Of a DNA stretch of 46,261 nucleotides, positions 1 through 9,992 are shown one piece after another; positions within the stretch are counted from its first letter, which is position 1, and each line of letters opens with the position of its first letter. Under the pieces are notes generated by a model. The model searched no databases. It was given only the letters and a program-made list of their open reading frames with translations, and was not told where the DNA came from. The DNA is from Candidatus Heimdallarchaeota archaeon (GTDB lineage: Archaea > Asgardarchaeota > Wukongarchaeia > Wukongarchaeales > JBHIFL01): contig JBHIFL010000032.1 of NCBI GenBank assembly GCA_046761065.1, positions 1 to 46,261 on the forward strand, read 5' to 3'. Both the position numbers and the translations under genes were made by a program.

Positions 1-194
1 GCGAAAACGGTTGAGTGTGGCCTGTCCTCCCTGGGAGCGGACGCCAATGTGTCTGGTCCCTGCTTTAGCCCCCCAGGAGGTGAATTGAGTTTTATGCAAA
101 ATCAAAGATTCTCTTATTTGACTAAGAAAATTCTTAAAAGGGTAGGAGTACCTTTTTGAAGTGCAGATAAAGTTTTTAGTGAATTGATGAATCA

Positions 195-1004
195 ATGTAT
201 TCAAAAAAGCAGAAAAAGAAATACTTACTTGTAACAGACGTTGATGATACAGTTTTGGGAGACTTCGAAGGATTAGTGCTACTTTCACGAGAGTTATCGA
301 ATGTTAGAGAGAGTATAGTACTCGCTTACAATTCGGGAAGGAGTACCCAAAGCATCAAGGCAAGTCTTGTAGCAAATCCTTGTATGCCTGCCCCTGATTA
401 CTTAATTGGTGAAGTAGGAACACAGATTGAGAATTTTACCACCGCAGAAATCGACGATGAATATGTGCAGATCCTAAAGAGTCATTGGTCACGAGAAGAG
501 ATTGAAAAGGTACTTAGAGACCTACCATTTCAAAAGCAACCGGACGAATTTCAATCCGATCTAAAACTGAGTTACTATGCCTCTCCCGAAGCAGATCCAG
601 TTCGTTGGTCACGAGAAAGATTGAAGAAAAGTGAACAACAAGCTACAATTATTTATTCCAGTCAAAGAGACTTAGACTTTCTCCCGCCAAGAAGTGGAAA
701 AGGGTGGGCAGTCGTCCGGTTACAGGAAAAGCTTGGATTCGACAAAGAACAGGTTATTGTTGCTGGGGATTCTGGAAATGATGTGAGCATGTTCGAACAC
801 GGTTTCGAAGGGGTTGTTGTCGGTAATGCCCATTCGGAATTAAAAAGGCTCGGATCATCGCCTAAGATCAACGTTGCTTCTGATGCGGAATCAAAAAAAC
901 AAAAATCGTCACATATCTATGTTGCTACTGCAGAATATGCAAAGGGACTTGTGGAAGGGTTGCGAAAGTTGGGAGTTTTACCCAGTAAGAATGGTGATGA
1001 ATAG
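195..1004 (+). CDS. mfppA: HAD-IIB sucrose-phosphate phosphatase-like protein (mannosylfructose-phosphate phosphatase-like)
   Basis: Motifs TDVDDT, NSGRS, KLSYY, LDFLP..GKG, AGDSGND, VVGNA; overlaps the start of the SPS-like glycosyltransferase. Confidence 0.8.
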   Translation: MYSKKQKKKYLLVTDVDDTVLGDFEGLVLLSRELSNVRESIVLAYNSGRSTQSIKASLVANPCMPAPDYLIGEVGTQIENFTTAEIDDEYVQILKSHWSREEIEKVLRDLPFQKQPDEFQSDLKLSYYASPEADPVRWSRERLKKSEQQATIIYSSQRDLDFLPPRSGKGWAVVRLQEKLGFDKEQVIVAGDSGNDVSMFEHGFEGVVVGNAHSELKRLGSSPKINVASDAESKKQKSSHIYVATAEYAKGLVEGLRKLGVLPSKNGDE

Positions 1005-2274
1005 ACGCATGAGAATCTTAATGCTTTCCGTGCATGGTTACATTTCCGCAGAACCCGAACTAGGTAAGCCCGATACCGGCGGTCAAGTTACTTTCGTCCT
1101 CGAACTTGCGAAACGGTTTAGTAGTCTAGGACATAACGTAGATCTGGTCACTCGACGATTTGAGGACCAAGTCGAGTCGGAGCAGGTGAACGATAATTTT
1201 CAGATCCTTCGAATCCCATTTGGAGGATCGAAGTTTATTAGGAAAGAAGACATGCATGACTACCTGGGTGACTTTATTACGAATTTTCTAGCAAGAATAC
1301 GGACAAGAGGGTTGGAGTATGAGGTAATAAATTCCCATTACTGGGATGCGGGGTGGGCAGGGCAACGGATCGCCGAAGAACTGCAAATTATCCATGTTCA
1401 TACGCCACACTCACTTGGATGGTGGAAACGAGCTGAGATGGAAGAAAGTGAGGGTGAGATCGAGGGTGATTACCGATTTGACGAACGGATAAGAAAAGAA
1501 TACCGAGTCTACCACAGTTGTGATCATATAATCGCGACCACAAGTCAACAAAAAGAAATCCTTGTTGAACGCTACAACATACCGGAAAGACATGTGAGTG
1601 TAATTCCCCCGGGAATTGATGAGAATCGTTTTTACCCTCTTCCCGGAGGGGAAATCGAACGAATCAGAGAAAAACACAATCTGAGAGAGAAGGATGTTCT
1701 CCTCCTAGGTCGACTTGCAGAAAACAAGGGTTATGACCTGTTCATCAAGTGTCTGCCCATTCTTCAGGAATTAGTCCCGGATATTCGCGCAGTCATGGCA
1801 CTCGGGACAGAGGACTCTCAGCAAGATCAAGAATTCGTCACAAATTTAAAAAATTTAGCTGAGGATATTGGTGTTGCAGACTTGATTGAATGGAGATACT
1901 ATATTCCAGATGAAGATCTCGCTGATTATTATCGAGGCGCAGGTGTCTTTGTTATGCCAAGTAGGTATGAACCCTTTGGAATGACGGCTGTGGAAGCAAT
2001 GGCTTGTGGAACTCCCACCATCATCACACGAAATGGGGCATTACATGAGAGCCTCCGCTTTGGGTCTCATGCACTTTTTACTGATCCAGAAAACCCAACA
2101 GAATTAGCTGTCATGGTCTCTCTCCCCTTTCGCCATTCTAGTCTTAACCAAGAACTCTCAAGAGAAGGAGCAAGAATAGCTCGCAGACGATTTGGCTGGA
2201 CTGGGATTGCTCAGACAACTTTGGATATTTTCTCGTCAGTTCAGCAACTTAGAAAATTAGAACAGTATGGCTGA
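997..2274 (+). CDS. mfpsA: GT4 sucrose-phosphate-synthase-like glycosyltransferase (mannosylfructose-phosphate synthase-like)
   Basis: HGY...LGKPDTGGQVTFVLELA, TRRFEDQ, INSHYWDAG, HTPHSLG, PSRYEPFGMTAVEAMACG; likely start ATG 997 or 1009 rather than 874. Confidence 0.8.
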   Translation: MNRRMRILMLSVHGYISAEPELGKPDTGGQVTFVLELAKRFSSLGHNVDLVTRRFEDQVESEQVNDNFQILRIPFGGSKFIRKEDMHDYLGDFITNFLARIRTRGLEYEVINSHYWDAGWAGQRIAEELQIIHVHTPHSLGWWKRAEMEESEGEIEGDYRFDERIRKEYRVYHSCDHIIATTSQQKEILVERYNIPERHVSVIPPGIDENRFYPLPGGEIERIREKHNLREKDVLLLGRLAENKGYDLFIKCLPILQELVPDIRAVMALGTEDSQQDQEFVTNLKNLAEDIGVADLIEWRYYIPDEDLADYYRGAGVFVMPSRYEPFGMTAVEAMACGTPTIITRNGALHESLRFGSHALFTDPENPTELAVMVSLPFRHSSLNQELSREGARIARRRFGWTGIAQTTLDIFSSVQQLRKLEQYG

Positions 2275-2376
2275 ATAGGTTTCTTAATGTATAATGTAGT
2301 TTTTCCGATATTAAATTCAATAAGAAGGTTCTTCTTCTTATTCTAATTATTCTAAATTTCAAGATAGTGTATTAAA

Positions 2377-3528
2377 ATGAAAATTGCGATTATTCATTCG
2401 TGTTTTGTAAAAGTGGGGGGAGCTGAATTATGGATTCAAAATGTTGCAAATAGACTTGTTCAGAAAGGCCATGAAGTCTTAATAATTGCGGCTACCATCA
2501 ATTCTAAGCTATTAAAATTCCACAAAAAAATTAGAACCATTAATTTGTCGAGATACGATGCACATCATCCATTATATTATTGTTTCATACCAGAAATAAT
2601 TCGAAAGGGGAAGTTAGCCCTTCAAAAAATTGCACCCGACATTGTTAATGCCCATCACTTTCCTAGCTATATCACTGCCTATCTATACAACCCTCAAAAG
2701 ACCTTCTGGTACGTTCACGAACCTTATCCACTTTTTCATAATGCTTTTTTTAGAAGACACGCGACATTTACATGGAAGGCTCGTTCTTATGGTTGGGGTT
2801 TGATATATAGACGATTGGACATAAAATACGCTAGGCAGATTCCTCTAGTGGTGACAAACAGCCAATTTTCTCAAAAATTGTTCTATGAAGCATTTCATCG
2901 ATGGCCTGATGAGGTTATTTATCCTGGCTATTGTATCGATCCATCTATTGTTCAAAATGAACATCTTCAAAATAAACATGAAAAAAGAATGTTAGTAATT
3001 GGTCCTTCTTCTGTGATAAAAGGCTTTGAGTATGCACTTAAGGTATACGAGGTTCTCGCGAAGAAATATGATCTTGCACTCTTAATAATTGGTAATATCG
3101 ATCCCAAATACATCAGGATGCTTGAGACCTATCTCAAAGAAAAGAGACCCGGCTATGACGCGATTAAAATCGAGGGGCGAGTTTCTTCAACGGAATTAGC
3201 TAGACGATTGGCCAGTTCACATCTTACACTGTATTGTTCTATTAATGAACCCTTTGGAATCGTTCCTATAGAAAGTATACTCGTAGGTACTCCTTGTATC
3301 GGCTTTTCCATGGGAGGTCTAAACGAAAGCATGTTTAACGAAGAATTAAAACAATTTTTGGTCCCATATGCTTCTTTAAGTGGGCTTGTTAATGTTACAG
3401 AGAAAATTCTAAAATCAAACTATCGAGTTTCTCATCAAACTAGAAATCAAGTCAAGAAAAGATTTTCGTGGGAAAGGACTGTGGATCACTATGAAAACTT
3501 AATCCAAAACATCAAAGAAACGAGTTAA
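2377..3528 (+). CDS. Glycosyltransferase family 4 (RfaG-like)
   Basis: N-terminal GGAE, C-terminal EPFGIVPIES..GTPCI; AT-rich. Confidence 0.9.
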   Translation: MKIAIIHSCFVKVGGAELWIQNVANRLVQKGHEVLIIAATINSKLLKFHKKIRTINLSRYDAHHPLYYCFIPEIIRKGKLALQKIAPDIVNAHHFPSYITAYLYNPQKTFWYVHEPYPLFHNAFFRRHATFTWKARSYGWGLIYRRLDIKYARQIPLVVTNSQFSQKLFYEAFHRWPDEVIYPGYCIDPSIVQNEHLQNKHEKRMLVIGPSSVIKGFEYALKVYEVLAKKYDLALLIIGNIDPKYIRMLETYLKEKRPGYDAIKIEGRVSSTELARRLASSHLTLYCSINEPFGIVPIESILVGTPCIGFSMGGLNESMFNEELKQFLVPYASLSGLVNVTEKILKSNYRVSHQTRNQVKKRFSWERTVDHYENLIQNIKETS

Positions 3529-4150
3529 AGTTATAAGGTCATCCAAGAAGGTCGAATGTGATGTTGTGGATCTTTCAGTGCATGGGAGTGTGTCAAGTTC
3601 TCCGCACCAAGATCTCCGGAGTATAGTAGGGGACTAGCCAGTGGATACATGGGGGAAGAGTTTAGAGCAATAATGGAAATTAGCTTACTAAAAAAGGATC
3701 ATTATCAGTTGATGTTTTCATGCAAAGCAATCACATTACGTCTTGATAACCTTACACACATCAACTTCCCAAGTAGTGTATAAATGCTGGAAAAGATTGT
3801 TAAACATTAAAATAAATAATGAGAAAATAAAAAACTAATGAGTTTTGTGGGAACCCTTGTTTGTGGATGATGAATTACATCCAGTTCTTTTTATCAGAAT
3901 AGTCCTCTCTTCATTGAACTTCCCTTTATCCATTATATAAGATCTATTCATCATCTGAGCTTTACTATATATTATCGCATTATTCCCCCGAAAATAACAT
4001 AATTTGCGAATCCCATTAAATGTCGAAATTTGAATAATTTCTAAGAGTTACGGAAAGGAGAAACTTAATTAGGGATATTTCAGTTCTCACAATTATGGAT
4101 TTGCGGATTTCGGCTTCCTTTAAAAATTATATGAGGAGGTGAACCTTTCA

Positions 4151-4516
4151 TTGCCTAAACCTAAAAAAAAGAAAAAAAATAAATTTGGTCGCAAGACTCC
4201 GGCAGATTCTGCCATTAAAGAATTTCGTGTTCGTCGTCCTCAACGGGCAAAAGGCGAAATTTTCGGAATTATCACCCGTATTTTGAGTGGGACCCACCTA
4301 GAAGTGGCGTGTGAAGATGAAAAAGCACGCGTTGCTCGGATTCCAGGTAAATTTCGGAGACGGCGATGGCTCCGTCGGGGAGATTTAGTTGTGGTGGAGC
4401 CTTGGTATGGTCTTGATGAAGATGAAAAATGTGATTTGATTCACCGTTATCGTCCAAATCAAGTAAAAACCTTGAAAAAACGTGGATTACTCGGAGCTAT
4501 TGAACAGTTCCTCTAA
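4151..4516 (+). CDS. eif1a: Translation initiation factor aIF-1A
   Basis: GEIFGII..LSG..LEVACED...VARIPGK.RRR.W...GDLVVVEPW; TTG 4151 follows a GGAGGTG SD. Confidence 0.95.
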   Translation: MPKPKKKKKNKFGRKTPADSAIKEFRVRRPQRAKGEIFGIITRILSGTHLEVACEDEKARVARIPGKFRRRRWLRRGDLVVVEPWYGLDEDEKCDLIHRYRPNQVKTLKKRGLLGAIEQFL

Positions 4517-4698
4517 TCTCGAGCTGGTTTTTCTCTCTAAATCCTTCGTCCCCTTTTCTGCTGTTCATTAATTCATTTACCAGCTGACTTTAGATTTATC
4601 TAATCTCTAAAATTCTTAGAAATAACTTATCCCCCTTCATAAAGCTCGAAAAAATTGTATAAAAATGAATGTTAACATGAAATACAGAGGATACATCT

Positions 4699-4833
4699 TT
4701 ATGCGTCTTTCATTTGATAATTCAAGTTTAGTTCGCGAACCAGCTCTTTGTAGCGGTTGCGGATCGTGACTTCCGTCACATGCGCCGTCGCGGCGATTAC
4801 CCGTTGGGTTTAGTGTTCTCCTTCAATGATGCC
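4699..4833 (-). pseudogene. tfb: C-terminal remnant of a transcription factor B (TFB) paralog
   Basis: Manual translation GIIEGEH*TQRVIAATAHVTEVTIRNRYKELVRELNLNYQMKDA* matches the TFB C-terminal HTH (cf. intact copy GERRTQQEIASVTSVTEVTVRNRYKDLV); in-frame stop at 4810-4812, no N-terminal part. Confidence 0.85.
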
Positions 4834-4888
4834 TTTCTGAATCTTTGAGGGAAAACTGCACGGTACGTCCTTAGTCTCCCAGGTCTCA

Positions 4889-5329
4889 TTGAGTTACAGA
4901 GTTAAAGCTGATGATAAAAGCTTCGAGATACGTGGCCCCTTTGTTTATGGATTCAAATATACTCTTGGCCCCGATGGACAACCCAAGTTTGAAGAATTCG
5001 GAAATGTCCATCCTGGTCCGCAAGGCGCAATCGCCCGCGAAAGCCGTGAGCCGCTTGTCAATATTATGGAAGGACCTGACGAACTGAAAATCATTGCAGA
5101 GCTCCCCGGGGTTCAAAAAGAGGACATCAAATTGAAAACAACCAACCGAACGATTCTGATTACGGCTGGAAAAGGTGAATATAAGTATCAAAAGAAATTA
5201 GCGCTTCCTCGCGAGGTTCAACCTGAACCCGCCAAAGCACGATATAACAACGGTGTCCTAGAGGTTACCCTCAAGGTTCGTCACCCAAAAGAGAAGGACT
5301 TTTCTGGCCATGACATCCACATCGAATAA
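4889..5329 (+). CDS. hsp20: Archaeal small heat-shock protein Hsp20 (probably 5'-truncated)
   Basis: GPFVYGF..TLGPDG.P...EFGNV, REPLV, AELPGV.KEDI, A.YNNGVLEV; weak TTG start without SD. Confidence 0.85.
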   Translation: MSYRVKADDKSFEIRGPFVYGFKYTLGPDGQPKFEEFGNVHPGPQGAIARESREPLVNIMEGPDELKIIAELPGVQKEDIKLKTTNRTILITAGKGEYKYQKKLALPREVQPEPAKARYNNGVLEVTLKVRHPKEKDFSGHDIHIE

Positions 5330-5631
5330 ACCCAAAGGACAAAGAAGGATATGGTTCCAGATTAATAGGCTCTCTCCAGAAAGCCAGTTGGATGGGGAGG
5401 GGACTGACTCGGACTTCTCAAGTCTACGATTGAAAAGACTTGGGTTTCACCAAGAAATCTTTTTCAGACAATAATAACGCGTTCTGGGGACCTTCGCCTG
5501 AGTTTGTTGCTCAAAAGGAATGATTAAAGCGTTTTAGAGGAAATATCAAACATCTGGTATTCATGGTCTTTTGGCTGTATTTCAATTTTTCGAGAATATG
5601 CGAGATATAGGGCTCTATATGTGGGATTCTA

Positions 5632-5650
5632 AAAATATAAATTTATATAC
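5632..5650 (+). promoter_or_regulatory. Putative BRE-TATA promoter upstream of tfb
   Basis: Purine-rich AAAAATATAAA followed by TTTATATA (5642-5649), about 300 bp before the tfb start. Confidence 0.4.
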
Positions 5651-5948
5651 TTCATAATAATAATATATATGTTCCACATTTCATAGGAAGTATTCTCTTA
5701 GAAAAAGTTGTCATTTGGTCGCGTACCCCCAGAAATACAGCTAATTTTGAAAAAACTGTTTGTTACGGGGAGGAAATATGATGCAACACAAAGAGAGTAA
5801 AAGGTGTTCCTAACACCAGCACCGTAGCTTGGGAGAATGGTTTAGTGAATACTATCCACTTAAACTTTACTGTGGGCTCTAAATCTCGAAAAGAGCCGCG
5901 ACCGTCTCTCACGGCGATTTAACTGAAAAAATTAAAGGTGGTGAAAAA

Positions 5949-6905
5949 ATGGAGGATATTATTGCAACTGAAGAAGAAGGAGAAAAAATCCAATGGGACA
6001 GGTTGCACTGTCCCGAATGTCATAATACCGAGTCAATTTCGGATGAGAAAACTGGAGACCAGATTTGTGTTAACTGTGGGGCTGTAATCGACGAGCGAAT
6101 TATTGACCGGGGCCCAGAGTGGAGAGCCTTTTCCTCTGAGGAACAGAAAACAAAAACACGGGTTGGGAGCCCCATCACATTGAGAAAGCATGACAAAGGA
6201 CTTAGTACCACAATCGATGCGCGAGATCGAGATATCTATGGTCGACAACTGAGTCCTAGTCTACAACAACAAATGTACCGCCTCAGACGATGGCAAAGAC
6301 GAAGCCATTTACAATCCTCCGCCGAGCGGAATTTGCTTCAAGCCTTCATCGAACTGGATCGCATGAGTAGTCAACTCAGAATTTCGAGAACGACTCGAGA
6401 GACCAGTGCACTTATCTATAGGAAAACCTTGGAGAAACATCTTTCACGAGGAAGAAGTATTGACGCAGTAGTTGCCGCTTCTGTTTATGCAGCCGCACGG
6501 ATGCGAGGAATCCCCCTAACTTTTGACGATATAGCACAACGAAGCAAAATTTCCAAAAAAGAGCTAGGTAAAGCCTATAGGGTGCTCATCACCGAATTGA
6601 ATCTGAAAATCCCCCCTCCCAATCCAGTCACTTATATCCCTCGATTTACGGCTGAATTGCAGCTTTCAGAAAGTTGCCAGAGGAAAGCGGTAGAAGTTCT
6701 TCATTTGGCAAAGCAAAAAGGTTTGACCTTGGGCAAAGATCCGAAAGGTGTTGCGGCCGCGGCTATTTATCTTGCAGCAATCCTTGTTGGTGAAAGAAGA
6801 ACCCAGCAGGAGATTGCAAGTGTTACATCGGTTACAGAAGTTACCGTTCGGAACAGATACAAGGACTTAGTTAAAAAATTAGAGATTACCCTTTCGTATT
6901 CCTAA
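5949..6905 (+). CDS. tfb: Transcription initiation factor IIB (TFB)
   Basis: Zn ribbon CPEC..CVNCG, GPEWRAF, HDKGLST, two cyclin repeats, TEVTVRNRYK. Confidence 0.98.
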   Translation: MEDIIATEEEGEKIQWDRLHCPECHNTESISDEKTGDQICVNCGAVIDERIIDRGPEWRAFSSEEQKTKTRVGSPITLRKHDKGLSTTIDARDRDIYGRQLSPSLQQQMYRLRRWQRRSHLQSSAERNLLQAFIELDRMSSQLRISRTTRETSALIYRKTLEKHLSRGRSIDAVVAASVYAAARMRGIPLTFDDIAQRSKISKKELGKAYRVLITELNLKIPPPNPVTYIPRFTAELQLSESCQRKAVEVLHLAKQKGLTLGKDPKGVAAAAIYLAAILVGERRTQQEIASVTSVTEVTVRNRYKDLVKKLEITLSYS

Positions 6906-7014
6906 AATTTAATAACGACCTCAATGATGCTGCAATTGAACGATAGGATCGCTTTAGCCAAGTATAATCTCTTGGGAACTAACTTATAACAATGAATGAG
7001 TTGATGATCTGGTA

Positions 7015-7239
7015 GTGAATAACATGACATTCTCTTCCGATAACCCTAACCTTTCAGACAATAAAGAGGCTTTGGTGTTGCACCAGAAAGTTCTAGACTT
7101 CTTTGACGAGTGGAAAGCCGAGTTCGAACACCTCACCACATATTCTGAACTCAAAGACTTCTGGTGGGAACTGATCAAGCGCTCAGATCAGCTCTCGAGC
7201 CTTGTTCGCGAGGAGATCCGGCTCTTCCAAGAGGAATAG
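7015..7239 (+). CDS. Small helical hypothetical protein
   Basis: 74-aa ORF with plausible amphipathic composition; no family recognised. Confidence 0.5.
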   Translation: MNNMTFSSDNPNLSDNKEALVLHQKVLDFFDEWKAEFEHLTTYSELKDFWWELIKRSDQLSSLVREEIRLFQEE

Positions 7240-7586
7240 GATCCCCTGGCTCATGTTATGCGCGTTATCCTCCTTAGAAAGGGGGAATTGCCTGATTGGG
7301 AGCATCACAGAAAATCCTCGTGGCACATGATGCTTGTTAGGGTGAACATCTTTCTTCAATCACCCTGTGCTCAAAGCTTCTTAAGTACTCCATGCTCTCT
7401 TGGAACTTGAAAGGGGCTATCTGAGGGGTAGTAAGCCTTTCTTTGCTATGGATCAAGGGGAACTTGCGCTCCAATCGTTCCTTTTTTCTTCGTTCACTTT
7501 CAAAAGACCCAATATTTGGATTTAGGGATAGGGAAATATAATCAGGTAAAAATCCCTAAGACCAGCATTATGCGTATATCGACAGA

Positions 7587-7743
7587 ACCAATCATCCTAT
7601 AATTCTCAATGCTATGGCCGCCACTGATAATGACAGTAAATTTGGGCATCGCTGCATTGACAACCTCTTAGACTATCTTCGCCCCATTTTATGGCGGTTC
7701 TCTGGTCATTATTCCTCTCAATGATGAAATCCTTAATATTTTG
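7587..7743 (-). pseudogene. Eroded fragment of an acyl-CoA carboxylase carboxyltransferase (methylcrotonyl-CoA carboxylase beta-like)
   Basis: QNIKDFII.../NGAKIV*EVVNAAMPKFTVIISGGHSIENYRMIG resembles the family pattern QNITGFMVG...DGAKMV.AVANA.VPKFTVIIGGS.GAGNYGMCG; one frameshift and one stop. Confidence 0.65.
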
Positions 7744-8261
7744 ACCTTCTAGTAAACTTCAAGTCCACTAAATTTTTTAGTGCAGAATTGAATCTATTCT
7801 TAATTAGTGGAAGGGAAAGGAGTCTTGTCTAACTATTATTGTGAAAAATGTTAAGGATGGAGTCTTAGCATTTTTAAGTCAATCCAGCTGGTATTACCCT
7901 TACAGGATAGGTAGATTCAATCCTAAAAATCTACATTGAGTAGAATATCTAGAATACTATACTTAACACTTCAAGGCCGTGGAGGGAAACAAAACTTTCT
8001 ACTTAAGCTCCACCAAAATGCTGTTCTACAGGAAGTATCGACAATCTAGGAGACTTCATATTCACCCTTAAGACCAATTAGTTTCTAACTCAATTGGTTT
8101 ACCTCCTAATCTCTCCCACTGGAAACGCCAACTAGTCATGGCTGTCTGCTTCATGATCTGGTAGATACTGATCTCCATCCGTATAAACTGGGACTTTCCA
8201 TTGTAATTTCTGATCCCTATGTATAGTGTTGTGTGAACAGTATCATACCTAGAAGAAACAT

Positions 8262-8654
8262 GTGACCAACTCGGATCTTCAGCTCTTGCAAGAAGCCGAT
8301 TGGCTCACCTCACGCTTCACCCGCCTTGTTTACAACCCAACAGCTCGCCGGAAGATGATTCCGGTCAATACCCAACAACTCACCCAACAGCTGGAACAGG
8401 CTGCCCAACGCTCTGTTTATAAACTCTATTCGAACATATACTATTCAGAGGAGTTAACCCATTTCATGGCTTCAAAAGTACACCCTACTGAATCTCTCCG
8501 CTATCATTTACTTGGAGTAGCGAACTGGATGCTTTTCCTCTTACGGATTCAAGACTCGACTTCCTCCCCTGCTTCGGTACAGCTCGCAGGACAGCTAGGT
8601 GTAACCCCTGGCCCTGTCGAGATGGAAGATCCTCGGGCTATCGATGAGCCATAG
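8262..8654 (+). CDS. Hypothetical protein
   Basis: 130-aa ORF with GTG start, no recognised motif. Confidence 0.4.
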   Translation: MTNSDLQLLQEADWLTSRFTRLVYNPTARRKMIPVNTQQLTQQLEQAAQRSVYKLYSNIYYSEELTHFMASKVHPTESLRYHLLGVANWMLFLLRIQDSTSSPASVQLAGQLGVTPGPVEMEDPRAIDEP

Positions 8655-8749
8655 CTTCGTGGTGAGGTCCTTGTGACATGACATATACTCGGCGGTGTGG
8701 ATGCGACCCCTGCTCTCGGGGGCTTTTATGCACTTAGGAGCGAAAAAAT

Positions 8750-9961
8750 ATGGTCCTCGTAGGAGTTGTAGGTAAACCATCTAGCGGGAAAACCACGTTT
8801 TTGAATGCAACGTGTTTAACAGACGCAAAAACTGCTTCGTACCCGTTCACAACAATAAAGCCGAATCATGGAGTGGCATATGTTCGGGTAAACTGCGTAT
8901 GTAAGGAGCTCGGGGTAAAAGATAATCCGCAAAATTCAATTTGTCTAAATGGAGTGCGGCTGATTCCCATCGAAGTGTTGGATGTAGCTGGCCTTGTACC
9001 TGACGCATGGCAAGGAAAAGGGTTAGGAAATAAATTTCTAGACGATTTAAGGACAGCAGATGCATTAATCCATGTAATAGATGCGTCAGGATCTCTTAAC
9101 GCAGAAGGGGAACAAATAGACTTGGGCGCATGGGATCCACTTGTAGATGTGGAATTCTTAGAGCGAGAAATAACAATGTGGTTAGTGGAAATCATTAAGC
9201 GGGACTGGCTGAGGATCTCGCGGCGGGCTGAGACCGAGCATGTGCCGTTGACCGAGTTATTAGGCGAAAAGTTGTCGGGACTCAAAATCACGCAATCTCA
9301 TCTAGCTACAGCGTTGGCTAACTCAAGACTAGATCCCAATTTGCCGACAAAATGGAGTCAAGACGACCTGATTTCCTTTGTGCAGCACATTCGGGATGTG
9401 GCCAAACCCATCGTCCTAGCTGCTAATAAGATTGATATTCCTGTGGCACAGCAAAAGTTTAAACAGATGCAGGAGAAGCTTGGTCCTGAGAATCTGATTC
9501 CGGTTTCTGCGTTTGGCGAGCTCATTTTACGGAGATTGGGAGAAGAGGAGATTATTCGATATATTCCGGGTGATAATGATTTCGAAACCTTAAAAGAAGA
9601 GAAAATTCAGGATCAATATAAAAAGGCTTTACAGACGATCAGAGAGAACGTCTTAGAGACCTTTGGCTCAACCGGAACTCAAGCGACCCTCAACAATGTT
9701 ATCTTTGACATATTGGACATGATTGTGGTTTATCCTGTAGCAGATACGAGTAAATTTGCAGATCATGAGGGAAATGTCCTCCCTGACGCCTATCTCATTC
9801 CTCGAGGGTCAACTGCCCGTGATTTGGCACAAACAGTGCATGAAGATTTAGCAAAGACGTTTATTCATGCTCTCAATGCAAAAACAAATCGCCGATTAGC
9901 AGAAGATTATGAATTACAAAATGGTGACATCATAAAGATTGTTGCAGCAGGTGGACGCTAG
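8750..9961 (+). CDS. ychF: Archaeal YchF/Obg-family translation-associated GTPase/ATPase with C-terminal TGS domain
   Basis: GKPSSGKTT, YPFTTIKPN, DVAGLVP, GLGNKFLDDL, NKID, TGS tail. Confidence 0.95.
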   Translation: MVLVGVVGKPSSGKTTFLNATCLTDAKTASYPFTTIKPNHGVAYVRVNCVCKELGVKDNPQNSICLNGVRLIPIEVLDVAGLVPDAWQGKGLGNKFLDDLRTADALIHVIDASGSLNAEGEQIDLGAWDPLVDVEFLEREITMWLVEIIKRDWLRISRRAETEHVPLTELLGEKLSGLKITQSHLATALANSRLDPNLPTKWSQDDLISFVQHIRDVAKPIVLAANKIDIPVAQQKFKQMQEKLGPENLIPVSAFGELILRRLGEEEIIRYIPGDNDFETLKEEKIQDQYKKALQTIRENVLETFGSTGTQATLNNVIFDILDMIVVYPVADTSKFADHEGNVLPDAYLIPRGSTARDLAQTVHEDLAKTFIHALNAKTNRRLAEDYELQNGDIIKIVAAGGR

Positions 9962-9992
9962 AGTTATGGTGTTTGAGGGATATGGATTGAAC

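Noticed and set aside
5415-5527. Possible RimJ/RimL-type acetyltransferase C-terminal remnant (LKRLGFHQE..FRQ...DLRLSLLLKR)
   Set aside because: Too short and degenerate to support without a search.
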